This document shows, piece by piece, positions 41,501 to 53,740 of a stretch of DNA of 64,000 nucleotides. Position 1 is the first letter of the stretch. Each line of letters starts with the position of its first letter. This DNA comes from Mytilus trossulus (taxonomy: Eukaryota). A program made the position numbers and the translations under genes. The stretch covers positions 83,018,001 through 83,082,000 of the forward strand of contig NC_086378.1 of NCBI RefSeq assembly GCF_036588685.1, read 5' to 3'. The notes beneath the pieces were generated by a model, which saw only the letters and a program-made list of their open reading frames with translations, made no database searches and had not been told where the DNA came from.

Positions 41501-42542
41501 CAACCTTCAGATGGTTGACGTCATGTTGGCTATTTGTGAAAAATAAGTAAAGATCACTGCAACAGATTAAGTTCGAAGGTAGAGTCACTGTTATTTTGTG
41601 TATTGTCATTTATTCAATTATGTCTATTTTGCATATTGTTTTTGCAGATTTATTATGTTCATTTTTTAATTTATTTTTAATTTTTTATGATGAGGGTGTT
41701 TATATTATACCAAGCAACACTAAGAACTAGCTAAAATAGTCATACGATTGCTTCGATGTGCATGCTCATATGTGTCATAAGTCGGACTTCACTTAGTCGT
41801 TTTTTTATTCCTTAGACATGATCTTATGATCTTTTATAGCTTACATGTAGTATGCAGAATGAGTTTTGCTTACTAGAATGCTTAAGTTGACCTGTAGTGG
41901 CCTTAAACTATACCATTTTGGTTATTAGATGGACAGTTGTCTCACAGGCTGCATACTTAATTTTATTTCATATCTCATCTTATATCTATAGTGATAAAGA
42001 AACATTTATCACTCTTAATTAAAAACAGAACCAGTAATAAACTTTGTTGTGTAATCTTACGTTTTTTGATTGAGTTAAGTCTGCCAATTGATATTTTATC
42101 GTGTGTTTTTCTATGTTGGGATGTTATGCTATTGTTTCAGGAAAAGGGAGAAGGTTTCAAATTGGATCCATTAAAACGTTTAATCCCGCTGCAAATATTT
42201 GCACCTGTCCTAAGTCAGGAATCTGATGTACAGTAGTTGTCGTTTGTTTATGTAATATATATGTGATTCTCGTTTCTCGTTTTGTTTATATAGATTAGAC
42301 CGTTGGTTTTCCCGTTTGAATGGTTTTACACTAGTAATTTTGGGGCCCTTTATAGCGTGTTGTTCGGTGTGAGCCAAGTCTCCGTGTTGAAGGCCGTACT
42401 TTAACCTATAATGGTTTACTTTTTAAATTGATATTTGCATGGAGAGTTGTTTCATTGGCACTCACACCACATCTTCCTATATCTATTTGATGATTTATAT
42501 AGAAATGGAATTTAATTGTTGTTATCTTTATTTTTCAGACAA

Positions 42543-43748
42543 ATGGATTCCACTTTCTATGATGACTACAATATTTCACAGATTTTATTGGAAATGCTTA
42601 TGCAAAATCAAAACATATCAAATGAAGCTTTAATTGCGCATGCCCAGCTACTTTATAAACAGCTCACGTTTGAAAGAGACCTTTCATCTTACACAGAATT
42701 TAGACTTCACAAAGCAATGTTACTCTACGTGCCACCTATACTTTTGGTGTTAGGAGTGATCGGAAATGTTTTATCATTCTTTATTTTACGACATAAAACA
42801 ATGACAAGGCAGTCTACAACTTTATTTCTGGCAGTTCTTTCGATAGCAGATTCGTTGGTTCTATTTATAGGACTTTTTCGGAAATGGATTGGGGAAATAA
42901 CTGGCCTTGACATTCAGCATGAATCGATGTTTTTATGCAAGACAATAACAGTATTGGGATACAGCATTAGTCACTACTCTGTGTGGCTGATTGTTGCAGT
43001 AACGATAGAACGATTTATCGTCGTGTGTAGACCTCTCCAAGCTTCTAGATATTGTAAACAAAAGAGAGCACGAAAAGTGGTGCTTGTCATGATTTTCATT
43101 TTTCTAGCCATTAATGCTCATTTGTTTTGGACTGTCGAACTTACAGAACAAAGTATGAACAGAAAAACAGTTCTCAGGTGTGATGCTGGACCAAAATTTG
43201 TTGAGTTCATTGACCGAATTTGGCCATGGATCGATTTGGTTTTATATTCATTGTTCCCTTTAGTTATATTGTTATTTTTTAACACACATATAATAAGACA
43301 GGTTGTGAGAGCGACAGCAGGAAGAGATATATTACAAAACGGCCCATTAATGAAAGTAGATACGCGTAGGAATACAAAAGATGCAAATCTTAAACTGACA
43401 ATTATGTTATTAACCATATCATTCACATTTCTTGCAACAACGGTACCAATGAATGTAGTAATGATCGCTTCGGTGGTCTGGAGAAATGAAATGGATAATC
43501 CAAAGCAATTTGCCAAATTAGTACTAATACGAACAATATCGGAATTACTGATGTATCTCAATCATTCAATAAATTTCTTTTTGTATTGTGCAACAGGACA
43601 GAAGTTTAGAAACATTGTGTTAAGAATGATTTGTGGTCGATCAACATCAAATATTTCTAATTTTTCAGATCATAGTCAGCATCTATATTGTTCAAGAGCT
43701 AACAACAATTGTAATGGTCACAAGAGTGAGAATGAAACGGCATTTTGA
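42543..43748 (+). CDS. Rhodopsin-like (class A) GPCR, FMRFamide/sex-peptide-receptor-like peptide receptor family, 401 aa in this exon
   Basis: Seven hydrophobic segments; TM1 GVIGN, TM2 LSIAD, Cys at the start of TM3, ERF in place of DRY, an ECL2 Cys, TM5 Pro, TM6 TTVP, TM7 NHSINFFLY and helix 8 KFR. A tttttcag acceptor ends at 42538, just before the ATG at 42543. The TTG start at 42516 in the ORF track is probably intronic. Confidence 0.95.
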   Translation: MDSTFYDDYNISQILLEMLMQNQNISNEALIAHAQLLYKQLTFERDLSSYTEFRLHKAMLLYVPPILLVLGVIGNVLSFFILRHKTMTRQSTTLFLAVLSIADSLVLFIGLFRKWIGEITGLDIQHESMFLCKTITVLGYSISHYSVWLIVAVTIERFIVVCRPLQASRYCKQKRARKVVLVMIFIFLAINAHLFWTVELTEQSMNRKTVLRCDAGPKFVEFIDRIWPWIDLVLYSLFPLVILLFFNTHIIRQVVRATAGRDILQNGPLMKVDTRRNTKDANLKLTIMLLTISFTFLATTVPMNVVMIASVVWRNEMDNPKQFAKLVLIRTISELLMYLNHSINFFLYCATGQKFRNIVLRMICGRSTSNISNFSDHSQHLYCSRANNNCNGHKSENETAF

Positions 43749-44504
43749 CAAAAATATGTGATATTTCCGTTGTTCTGCGCAGGGTAACTTTAATATTTTT
43801 ATTAATATTTCATTCCTTGTTATTATTGTTGTTTATTAAATTATTATTTATTTTCATATTGATTTTGTTCTGTTAGTGGCCATGGTCTAACAGTGTGTGG
43901 AAGCTATCATAATTATAAATCAATGTATCGGCTGCTCATCAGATAAAATACAACACTCAAACATCAAATCATATATGAAAGCTAAACAAACAAATGGAAA
44001 AAGCAAGAATATCAAATTATGGTCAATAAGACTGAATGAACAGGACCCGTCGCTTTGTGATTATCGTCTAAAGCGTGAACAAAGGAATAATGGAATGAAT
44101 GCATTAAGATGGCGATGAAGCATAACAACTGTTTCCATTGAGCACGCTGGTAATTGTGATCAATAGCAGTATATGAATTACTTATAAAACAAGCCAAACC
44201 TCAAAATTATACTTTTGGTTACTTGCATTAAAAATATTTGAATTAAGCAATAAAAAATGGATTACTTCTGCTGTAACAGTTATCAAATAAAAATGATGAG
44301 TGTGGCCATCTACACAGAATGACCCAAAACTTAGTGGCAAGAAAGATGTAGGTGAATGATTTGAAGATGGCCATTATGCAACAGAGGTCAAAATAGGCTC
44401 ACAAATCCTGCCAACATAGACAGATAGTTAATTTAATACGGTCTGCAACACACAATCACACTACGTTAAAAGAGTTCCGATATGAAAAGTTCATAAGGTG
44501 TCAT

Positions 44505-44830
44505 TTTACTAAGACTTTTCTACATCTGCTGTATTTGGCAAAACGTTTAGAAATAATGGTTCTCAATGCTATTCGTACTTTATTTGACCTTTTTGTTTTT
44601 TTTGGATGCGAGCGTCACTGATGCATCTTAATCAGACGAAACGCGCTTCTGGCGTTATTACAAAATTTAATCCTGGTAGCTATGATGAATTTATTTACAA
44701 CCTCTAGGTCGATGCAACTTCTGGTGGAGTATTGCTTACCCGAAGGTATCACCAGTCCAGTAGTCAGCTCTTCTTTCCTGAACTGACATGTATTATCATT
44801 GATATGGTCAGCTACATACGATTACCACGT
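44505..44830 (+). mobile_element. Retrozyme-like repeat (HH-A), circularly permuted copy with a degenerate hammerhead
   Basis: gagcgtcactgatgcatcttaatcagacgaaacgcgcttctggcg lies internally and is followed by the ggtatcaccagtccagtagtcag segment, which lies upstream of the ribozyme in the 305-622 copy. Confidence 0.6.
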
Positions 44831-44985
44831 TTTTAAACATTTGGACATTAAGTCTCAGAGAAGTTAGATTGAAATATGTTACAATCTCGTGACATTGGTG
44901 AGAGTTTCATTAATCATGCAAAAATTGTCAAATATTTATGACAGTTTAATGTTGACAACTACATATGATACAAAATCAAATGTTT

Positions 44986-45504
44986 TCCGTGCATTAACTC
45001 ATAAACCGTTCAACCAAAGCTTTTAAATTTTAATAATTTGTTACTGTCAACTAAAGGAAGGTCGAGTTCAATAATGGCGATTTTGACTTTTACCGTTCAG
45101 GAGTTATGGTTCTTGAAAGATTGAAAAATGGAGTTTTCAGTCGTGTCCGTGCATTAACACTAGAACTGTTCTACCAAAGCACCCCAAATTTTAATATGTT
45201 ATTACCGATGACAAAATGGAGGTCAAGTTCAATAATGACGATTTTGACTTGTATCGTTCAGGAGTTATGGTTCTTGAAAGATTGAAAAATGGTGTTTCCA
45301 TTCACGTTGTTGCATTTACTCATGAACCGTTCAATCTAAGCTTTTCAAATTTAAATATGTTGATACTGACTACAAAATCGAGGTCAAATTTGATATTGAC
45401 GATTATCATTTTCACCATTCATCAGTAATGGTTCTTGTGATATTGCCAGGACACAAATAAATGTTAATAAATCCGGTTTGCTGTCTTTCTGACAGCCTCT
45501 TGTT
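44986..45504 (+). repeat. Three ~160-bp tandem units ending in a Helentron/HINE-type 3' stem-loop
   Basis: The unit landmark gcatt occurs at 44991, 45151 and 45312. The terminus is gctgtc-tttct-gacagc-ctcttgtt. Confidence 0.75.
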
Positions 45505-48425
45505 ACTGGGTTTATTTGGTGAATATGATTGATTCAGTTAGTTTTTACGGACCTACCTTTTTCGGATTCGCTTTGGAGTTCGGCATTTTTGTTATTCTTT
45601 GTTAGATATAATATAGTCTGACAGACAGTGACGAGAAAGATACTTCATAATAGAGCTTTAGAACATTATCACACACACATACATAAACAAAAACACCTGT
45701 GATCATAAAAAAATATATATAGCAAAACTACTTCTACGTTTTTCTATCCTGTAGATCTATAACAAAGATCATTTGTGAATAACCGTCACAAAATTTAAAA
45801 CCAGAAACAGTCTTTTAATTAATCAATTAATCAACAGACAAAATGTTGTTAAAACGGAAAATCAAACGGCAACAAAAACAAGTATACTTTTAGTTTTTAT
45901 TCTTTTTAAAAACATTTTAGTTGTTTGCTTTTGCTGTTTTAAGTTTTTGCACAAAAAGAAATACTTATAAAAAAGAACATGTGATGTGATTGTCAATGTA
46001 ACAACTCTTCTCAAGAGACCGAATGACACATAAATTGACAACTATAGGTCAACGTACGGCCTTCAACAATGACCAAATCCCACATCTCATATTCAGCTAT
46101 AAAAGGCCTCGAAATGACAAAACTTATGTAAAAAAAAATTCAAACGAGAAAACCAACGGCCTAATTTATGTACAAAAATTGAACGAAAAAATAAATATGT
46201 AACATATCATCAAACAAGAACCACTGAATTACCGGCTCCTGACTTGGAACAGGCACATTCATACATAATGTGACGGAGTTTAACATGTTATTTGACCTCT
46301 TCCTCCTTTACCTGGGACAATGACGTAACAGTAAACATAAGAACGAACTATAAAAAATAAGGCTTAACTCATCAGATGGAAATACGTCTAACAAAAACAC
46401 AGAATAGATGTGGCTGGGTACTTGTGTATCAAAACAACAAAAATACACTAAGTACAGATCTTATAGTACTCTCAGTTACTGACAGTTAGCTCAAACACAC
46501 TAACAACTAAAAACAATCATGCATCTAAGACTAAAATACCAATCAGTACACATCCAACATCCAATGAATTTAGTGTAAACACGTCTTTTAAAATAGTCAG
46601 AGAAAACATGAATGAAGTTTACTATTACTAATGAAGATAAAAATTATTCTTTGTTGGATAAAAGATAATCATCCTATAACGGATAACTGTGAGACACCAA
46701 TAAATAAGTATCAATTCATTTTTTATGAATGAACTACTGTAACACATCCCTTTAACAAATCGCACGTGGTAAATAATCACATGACCAGAATTTAAATGTA
46801 ATTGAAATTAACATAACAAAAGACTTGATGTACGGTAACTTTGAAACTGCTTAATAAATACAGGTAGCTTTTGTGAGAAATAAAGATACAAAACAAACTT
46901 TATTTAAAAAAATTATATATGGTGAGAGGTAAAGATATATAGATCGATAATGATTGCAGGTACATGTACATTTGTACAAGGACAGATAATATTTTTACTG
47001 AGGGTTGATGTTAATAATTTATAGTGGGAGTTTTTTTTCTCATTTGATTTTTCCCCGACAAATGAGACTGTAACAATTGGGGCCCCCTTAGTTGCTCCCC
47101 TGGGCAACTGAGGGTTGATGTAACAGGCGATTGTTAATAAAATATGTTTTATATTTAAAAAAAAAAAAGTATCAATTCATCAATCGTCCTTTATGAAGGC
47201 CCACGAAGAAGGTACTTCAACCGTTTGAAGCTACGAATCACCAACAGAAAGTTGATATTATGTTTTGGAACAACCGACATTTTTTACTGATTGTACTCCT
47301 TTAATTTATCTCATAGCATTGTCAAATTTATTACTATTCTTCGGATCGTTTTGTTTCTGCATATTTTCATAATAATAATACCAGTAAATTTGATGTTTTG
47401 CATGTTCATCAAATTTCACTAGTTCCGCAGCCTTTATTACCCACCTCTCCCTATATTGACCCCTGGACCTATTGCTATCGTTGCCTAGATAAGACATCTA
47501 TTAAACATCTGCATGTAACTATACGGATCGACAGGATTCATTTGACTGTTACCTAAATTTCTGAGTCTTTTACCGTTCAAAAATTATATTTTCAGATAAT
47601 ATTTAGTTTCATGTCCACAATTAATGTCACTCACAATGATAGTACAGAAAGGTGAAGTATAAGATGTCAGAAACAGAAGCACAATTACATATACAAAACC
47701 ATATGACTTTTAGATTAAAAGTGATCGAGATCATATCCTAAAATTGGATATGTTTCAACATTTATTGACTATTGTGACAATGCTATTGAAAGCTGCTAAC
47801 AGATACAGCGTCGTTTATTAACCACAGTGATACTGTACAATGGAAGGATGTTGTATACATACAAATATATACAAATGATGCATAAAACATCTATTTATAC
47901 CTTTTCCATTCAAAGATAGCCTTTAAATAAATAAGGCAGAACGTTTTCGAGTGAACCATTAGAAATTATACCCAATAAATGTATGATGACGTATCTTTGG
48001 AATATTTTGAAAATCGCTTCAATTATGTTTTATAGAAACCTTTTTCTCGCTACATTTCCAAATGAACCATTAGAATTAATACCCAGTATCAAGTAAACCT
48101 ATATAGTGGAAAATTAAGGAAGTCTCCGTGGAAATACAATTCTGTTGTTTTCAGTTTATCTTCAAAAATGCTTCAATTAAGTACCATTAAAACATTTTGT
48201 TTGTTTTTCTCCATTTGTGATTCATCTGTTATCACTTTTTTACATCGCGATGGTCGATTTTGAGGTCGTTCCGATATATAGCTAAAAATGTATCGCCTAG
48301 AATTCAATTATGTACATTAGTTTTGGGTCTATAAAAATGATAAATACGAGCACATAAACGAGTGCAAAATAACATTCCTTATCGTTTGATATAAATACAT
48401 CTCATCAATGAATACTTTTTATTAA

Positions 48426-48718
48426 GGTGGTACCTAACACTACAGGGAGATAACTCGACACTACAGGGAGATAACTCGATAAAGTCATCTAAACGTTTTA
48501 ATAACGTTGTGTTGTAAAGGGAATATTAAGCTTCTCAATTATCAAAATTGTTGTTTGTCAAATTGCTATATAACCAGTGTAATTTTTCTGACAAAACGGT
48601 TGGTTAAACATTTTTGATTTTTTTATATTTTTGTCACAGGGTCAAAGTAAATACTGGGCAAAATTTTATTTAAATCAAACGAGCCAAATCGATTTTAGTG
48701 AAAGTGTTAGATACCACC
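48426..48718. mobile_element. Kolobok-like MITE with TTAA TSD, same family as 34653-34927
   Basis: TTAA|GGTGGTACCTAACACT...AGTGTTAGATACCACC|TTAA, with an internal tandem duplication of acactacagggagataactcg. Confidence 0.85.
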
Positions 48719-51163
48719 TTAAATAACAAAATATTTTTTCAATAACAAATATTTTTGTTTACAACTTAAATTATTAATATGAAAATGTTTAAAAGTATAT
48801 ATACATAAGTAGATAAATTTTTAATATTTTTTTAAATCAATGCACACGTACCGAAAAATTGTGTTAAAGCATGCGGAATAATTTCTCAAGAACGTTTCGC
48901 GACAGTATCGACAAGGACCGGAAACTCTTTAATTGTTTTTGCGGGAAAATATGAATGCCTACTCGTATCTAATATTTTAGAAAAATGTCCTTTTTACAGA
49001 AAAGTGTCCACCATGAACCTGCATAGCATTATTATTAGAACAGTAGAATAGAATGATATACAAATGGGTGTAAATCATATATACCTGTTACTGTTATTTT
49101 GATATAATATTCAACAGCAAATCAGTGTATACTGATGTGTATCAATCACTACAATACAATCGTTATTACGGTGAAGTTTGATTTCCTGTCATTTAATCTT
49201 TATCCGAGCACGAACTTGTCTCAGAAAAAAACATATCTCTGCACATTAACTTCAGTTTCAAGTAAAGAAATATGTGAATTTTTTTTCTGAGACAAGTGCT
49301 TTTGACCATCAAAAAGAATTTGAAGTCATCAGATGTTTAGTTCTTCAGTACTTTGATTGTTATTTATAATTAAACATTGTTTTCTTCACCTTCGTGTCTA
49401 GTTGATTTATTCTGGTGGTGTTTTCTGTTAAAGATGTAAGCACCTTTTAGAACTTTTGCTAATTTTTCTAAATGAAAAAAAAAACAACGATAACGAATGT
49501 CACAAACCTGTAGATAGAGCGCATTTTGCTGTTCAGTAAATGTACTGAGCTGGCCTCAAACCTCAACTTGTGGTGATGAAATTCAATTATCCTTATACGT
49601 GCATGTCAGCCAGCAAATACCAGCTACACACATAGTTTTCTCATTGTTTAGTTTGCATATAACCCTTTTCTTGGGTGGTAGCTTTACAAATTTAAACAAT
49701 GTATAATGTTTGGATATGAGACAGTTCCGTCTACCCCTATAGTACACTTGTTTTAATGTAAATCAAGTTAGCTGTGATTGATTATGAAGATTAAGTGATC
49801 TTAGATGGAATAAAATTGTCCTCCCTCCAGACTTTAAATAATCCATTTATTATCTCTATATGACTTATTTAACAAGTGAAAGTACATATTTGTTCACAAC
49901 ACTTGTATATAGTAATCTGTTTTTTTAATCATCAGAAAATTTTACCTCAAGCAACCTGAAGGAAACGATATAAATTCTGTATTCAAAGTATTAATGTATT
50001 TTCTGCTTGACACTGTGTAAAAGTAACGATACACGAGGCAAAGCAGTTAAATCAACAACATTTCGTTAACCTGAGACAGCTGTCAGAAATTTCCCCATTT
50101 ATGTCTCGCCTACGAAGAAAGTCGTTTCGTTGCTGAAGGCAAAACATAGGGATAGCTATCAAGTGCTGGAGGCGTAAGATATTTGAATACAGCTTCATAT
50201 TTCAGAATGCATGTGCATAAGGAACATAAAGACGTATATGCACTAGTTGAACCAGCGTATTGACGTTGAGGTTCATTTTGCTCTAATTTAAATTTTCCGC
50301 ATATTGAAGTATCGACTGTCGTGGTTCTGTCATCTTTTCTTCCGAAATCAGTGTTGTCTGTATTTTTGACTTACGATCGAGATTTTATTCCTCGATTGTA
50401 TCTTCTGTGCTCCTTCTATGTCGGTGACACATACCGGTCATTTATTTGCGTAATTACCTCATTTTCATATTTCACAGAAGTAGACCTTCCCTGAACCAGC
50501 TAATCAAAGCAGGAATATAATTGTGATTATGACATATTTCATGAACATATTCTAAAGGTCATTTTCCTTTTGAACAACTAACTGCTGTAGCAATATGTAT
50601 TGCCCGAATAAAGAACTAAATATAAAACACCACTTATTATTTGTATGATACATAATTTCTATAGGTCAATTCAGAAATATAGTAAAGCCAATTCAATTAA
50701 AAAAGCAAATGTCATTTTTTATTAGAAAACATTTTTATACCACCTTAAAAGTATCCATTGATCCTTACTGAACGTTTGACAGCAGAACCTTACTGACGCA
50801 CAGAAGAGGCTGGGTAAGGATGACGGGTGTCATAAGCAGGATTGTTAGGACACTAGAATTCAAGTTTTACAATTATAAATAAATGAACTCACAGATAGTT
50901 GATTTTAAATATTGAATAATGAAATGTGCTTTAAAACGTGTAAAAAAGAAATGTTCAGTTCGTTTAATTGAATTTAAAAAAAAAAAGAAGATGTGGTATG
51001 ATTGCCAATGAGACAACTCTCTACAACAGACAAAAATGACACAGAAATTAACATTTATAGGTAACCGTACCACCTTCAACAATGAGCAAAGCCCATATCG
51101 CATAGTCAGCTATAAAAGGCCCCAAAATGACAATGTAAAAAAATTGGTTTCTTCTGTTGATAT

Positions 51164-51763
51164 TGTTACGGCCAGAAATCGCCTTTAAATTGTAGCCAAC
51201 AAAAGACACAAATCAATAGTAAAATTTAACAATATTTATTATACAAAAGTTTAAAAGAAGTTTTACACAAATATTACTGTCAACTTAACTGTCAAAATAT
51301 GAGTCCACTCTTTTATCTGTATTCGGAAATCTTTCGGAATCCAATCTGAATATTATGTTCACTACTAAGGTCACAATCTAGTATGATGTTGTTTGTAGAA
51401 TAAAAGTGTCAATCCAAGTGCTGTGAATACTAATGTCTATCACTGTCTATGTCCAAGTTTAATTATATGAGAGTTTAACTTTAGTGTCTGTATATATATA
51501 GTTGTGACGGATTATTCTAGAACACGCTAGAACGGAACATTGTGGAAAATCCTGGAAAGTTACAACGGAAGTTTCTGGAATAACGTAGAAGTTTAAATTA
51601 CGCATCTTTTATAAGGATTATTCTAGAAAGTTCTAATCATTCTGTGATTGTTCCAGTGATTCCTAAACTGCACAGTTATAAGATTATTTGGTAAACAACT
51701 ATCAGGCCATACAACACAAATTAGGCCAACATAAATAAACATAATAATTACCATATCATAACA
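51164..51763 (-). repeat. 3' LTR (600 bp)
   Basis: TGTTA...TAACA termini. No differences from 56627-57226 were found by eye. A minus-strand AATAAA lies at 51235-51240. Confidence 0.97.
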
Positions 51764-51776
51764 CCTCCCCCCTTAA
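51764..51776 (-). promoter_or_regulatory. Polypurine tract
   Basis: The minus strand reads ttAAGGGGGGAGG directly abutting the 3' LTR. Confidence 0.9.
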
Positions 51777-51847
51777 AAGAAGTTTTAGTGTAACAAAAAC
51801 TTATCATGAATAATATGAACAAAAATACATAATATATACAAAGTGAT

Positions 51848-53740
51848 TTAATAAGCTCTAGATAAAGCATCAGCTATTACATTATCTTTACCCTTAATAT
51901 GTTTTACAATTACATCATATTCCTGTAACAATAAACTCCACTTAGTCAATCTCTGATTCTTGTTTCTCATTTTATGCATGAAGGTGAGAGGATTATGATC
52001 AGTATAAACAAGAATAGGATGCACAGTTGGATTCAAATATACATCAAAATGTTGAAGTGCTGACAACATTGCAAAACACTCTTTTTCAATAGTTGAATAA
52101 TTTTTCTGATGTTTATCTAATTTCTTAGAAAAATATGATATAGGTTTTTCAACATTATCATCTGTCTCTTGATATAAAACAGCTCCTATTACTACATCGC
52201 TTGCATCAACGGCAAGTTTAAATTGTTTTTCAAAGTCTGGAGTAATCAGAACTGGACTATTAATTAAAAGTGCTTTGCTATTTTCAAAAGCTTTTTGACA
52301 ATTTTCACTCCAGATAAATTTAGAGTCTTTTCGTAAAAGATGAGTCAATGGTTGAACAACAGTAGCAAAATTTGAACAAAATTTCCTGTAAAATCCAATC
52401 ATGCCTAAATATCTCATAAGTTGTTTTCTATTTGTAGGAGGAGGAAATTTGGAAATAGCTTCCACTTTAGCCATTATAGGTTTTACTTGACCTTGGCCAA
52501 CTGTATGCCCTAAATAATCAACAGTGGCCTGACAAAATTCACTTTTACCAAGATTAACAGTCAAATTTGATTTTGACAATCTATCAAAAGTATCATACAA
52601 ATGTGTTAAATGCTGTTCCCAGCTATCACTACATACAATAAGATCATCAATATAAGCATAACAACAGTCTAAATCTTTTATAACATTATTGATCATTCTT
52701 TGAAATGTAGCTGGAGCACTTTTCATGCCAAATGGCATTACAGTATATTGAAATAAGCCATCTGGTGTAACAAAAGCTGATATTTCACGAGCTCTCTGTG
52801 TCAATGGAACTTGCCAATAACCTTTCAATAAATCAAATTTGCTCACAAATTTTGCTTGACCAATATTGTCAATACAATCGTCTATCCTTGGAATCGGATA
52901 GGAATCAGATTTTGAGACTGAATTTACTTTTCTGAAATCAGTCACGAAACGAAAAGTTTTATCTGGTTTTGGCACAAGTAGACAAGGAGAGCTCCATTCA
53001 CTGTTACTCGGCTCAATAATATCATTGTCAAGCATATATTTAATTTCTTTTCTCATAACTTCAAGTTTGAGTGGATTGAGCCTGTAAGGATGTTGCTTAA
53101 TTGGAGAAGCATCTCCTACATCAACATCATGACAAACAGCAGTGGTTTTGTTTGGCACATCAGGAAAAAGATTTTTAAAAGAAAATACCAAAGTTTTTAT
53201 TTCTTCTCTTCGATCAAAAGACAGATGTGCAAGTTTTGAATCTAAATTTGACAAAATTTCTGAATTTTTCAATCTAACTGTCTCTTCCATAGTTTTACAA
53301 CTAAAAGTTGGTTCAATTACATCTGGTTTGTCATGATTGTTCTCAAAGTTAACCATGCCTAAAGTGGCAACTGGTTTACTATCACATACATTAGTACGCT
53401 CAAAATATGGTTTTAACAAATTAATATGACACACTCTATTTTGTTTGCGCCGACCTGGAGTTTTTACAATATAATTCAAATCATTAATTTTACTCTCTAT
53501 TGTATAAGGACCACAATATTTAGCCTGTAAAGGATGTCCAGGGACTGGCAAAAATACAAGTACCTTATCACCAGGCTCAAAAACTCTGTCCCTGGCAGCT
53601 TTATCATACCATATTTTCATCTTGTTCTGTACATTTTTTAAGTTTTTCTGAGCAATTTGACAAGCAGTATACAATTTTTCTTTAAATCTAGATACATAGT
53701 CTAAAAGATTCAAGTCAGTATGTTCAGTAAGCCACTTTTC
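51848..53740 (-). CDS. pol: Pol C-terminal segment: integrase GPY/F tail, reverse transcriptase and RNase H
   Basis: KYCGPY; PIKQHPYR, DFRKVN, FDLLKGYWQVPL, MPFG and YIDD; RNase H DAS, NYSTIEKE, TDH and ADALSR. It joins the upstream ORF across a 1-nt deletion near 53741. Confidence 0.93.
   Translation of the reverse strand, partial: EKWLTEHTDLNLLDYVSRFKEKLYTACQIAQKNLKNVQNKMKIWYDKAARDRVFEPGDKVLVFLPVPGHPLQAKYCGPYTIESKINDLNYIVKTPGRRKQNRVCHINLLKPYFERTNVCDSKPVATLGMVNFENNHDKPDVIEPTFSCKTMEETVRLKNSEILSNLDSKLAHLSFDRREEIKTLVFSFKNLFPDVPNKTTAVCHDVDVGDASPIKQHPYRLNPLKLEVMRKEIKYMLDNDIIEPSNSEWSSPCLLVPKPDKTFRFVTDFRKVNSVSKSDSYPIPRIDDCIDNIGQAKFVSKFDLLKGYWQVPLTQRAREISAFVTPDGLFQYTVMPFGMKSAPATFQRMINNVIKDLDCCYAYIDDLIVCSDSWEQHLTHLYDTFDRLSKSNLTVNLGKSEFCQATVDYLGHTVGQGQVKPIMAKVEAISKFPPPTNRKQLMRYLGMIGFYRKFCSNFATVVQPLTHLLRKDSKFIWSENCQKAFENSKALLINSPVLITPDFEKQFKLAVDASDVVIGAVLYQETDDNVEKPISYFSKKLDKHQKNYSTIEKECFAMLSALQHFDVYLNPTVHPILVYTDHNPLTFMHKMRNKNQRLTKWSLLLQEYDVIVKHIKGKDNVIADALSRAY

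Noticed and set aside
42725-43561. Antisense ORFs over the GPCR (and similar plus-strand ORFs over the retrotransposon)
   Set aside because: Shadow ORFs of real coding sequence.
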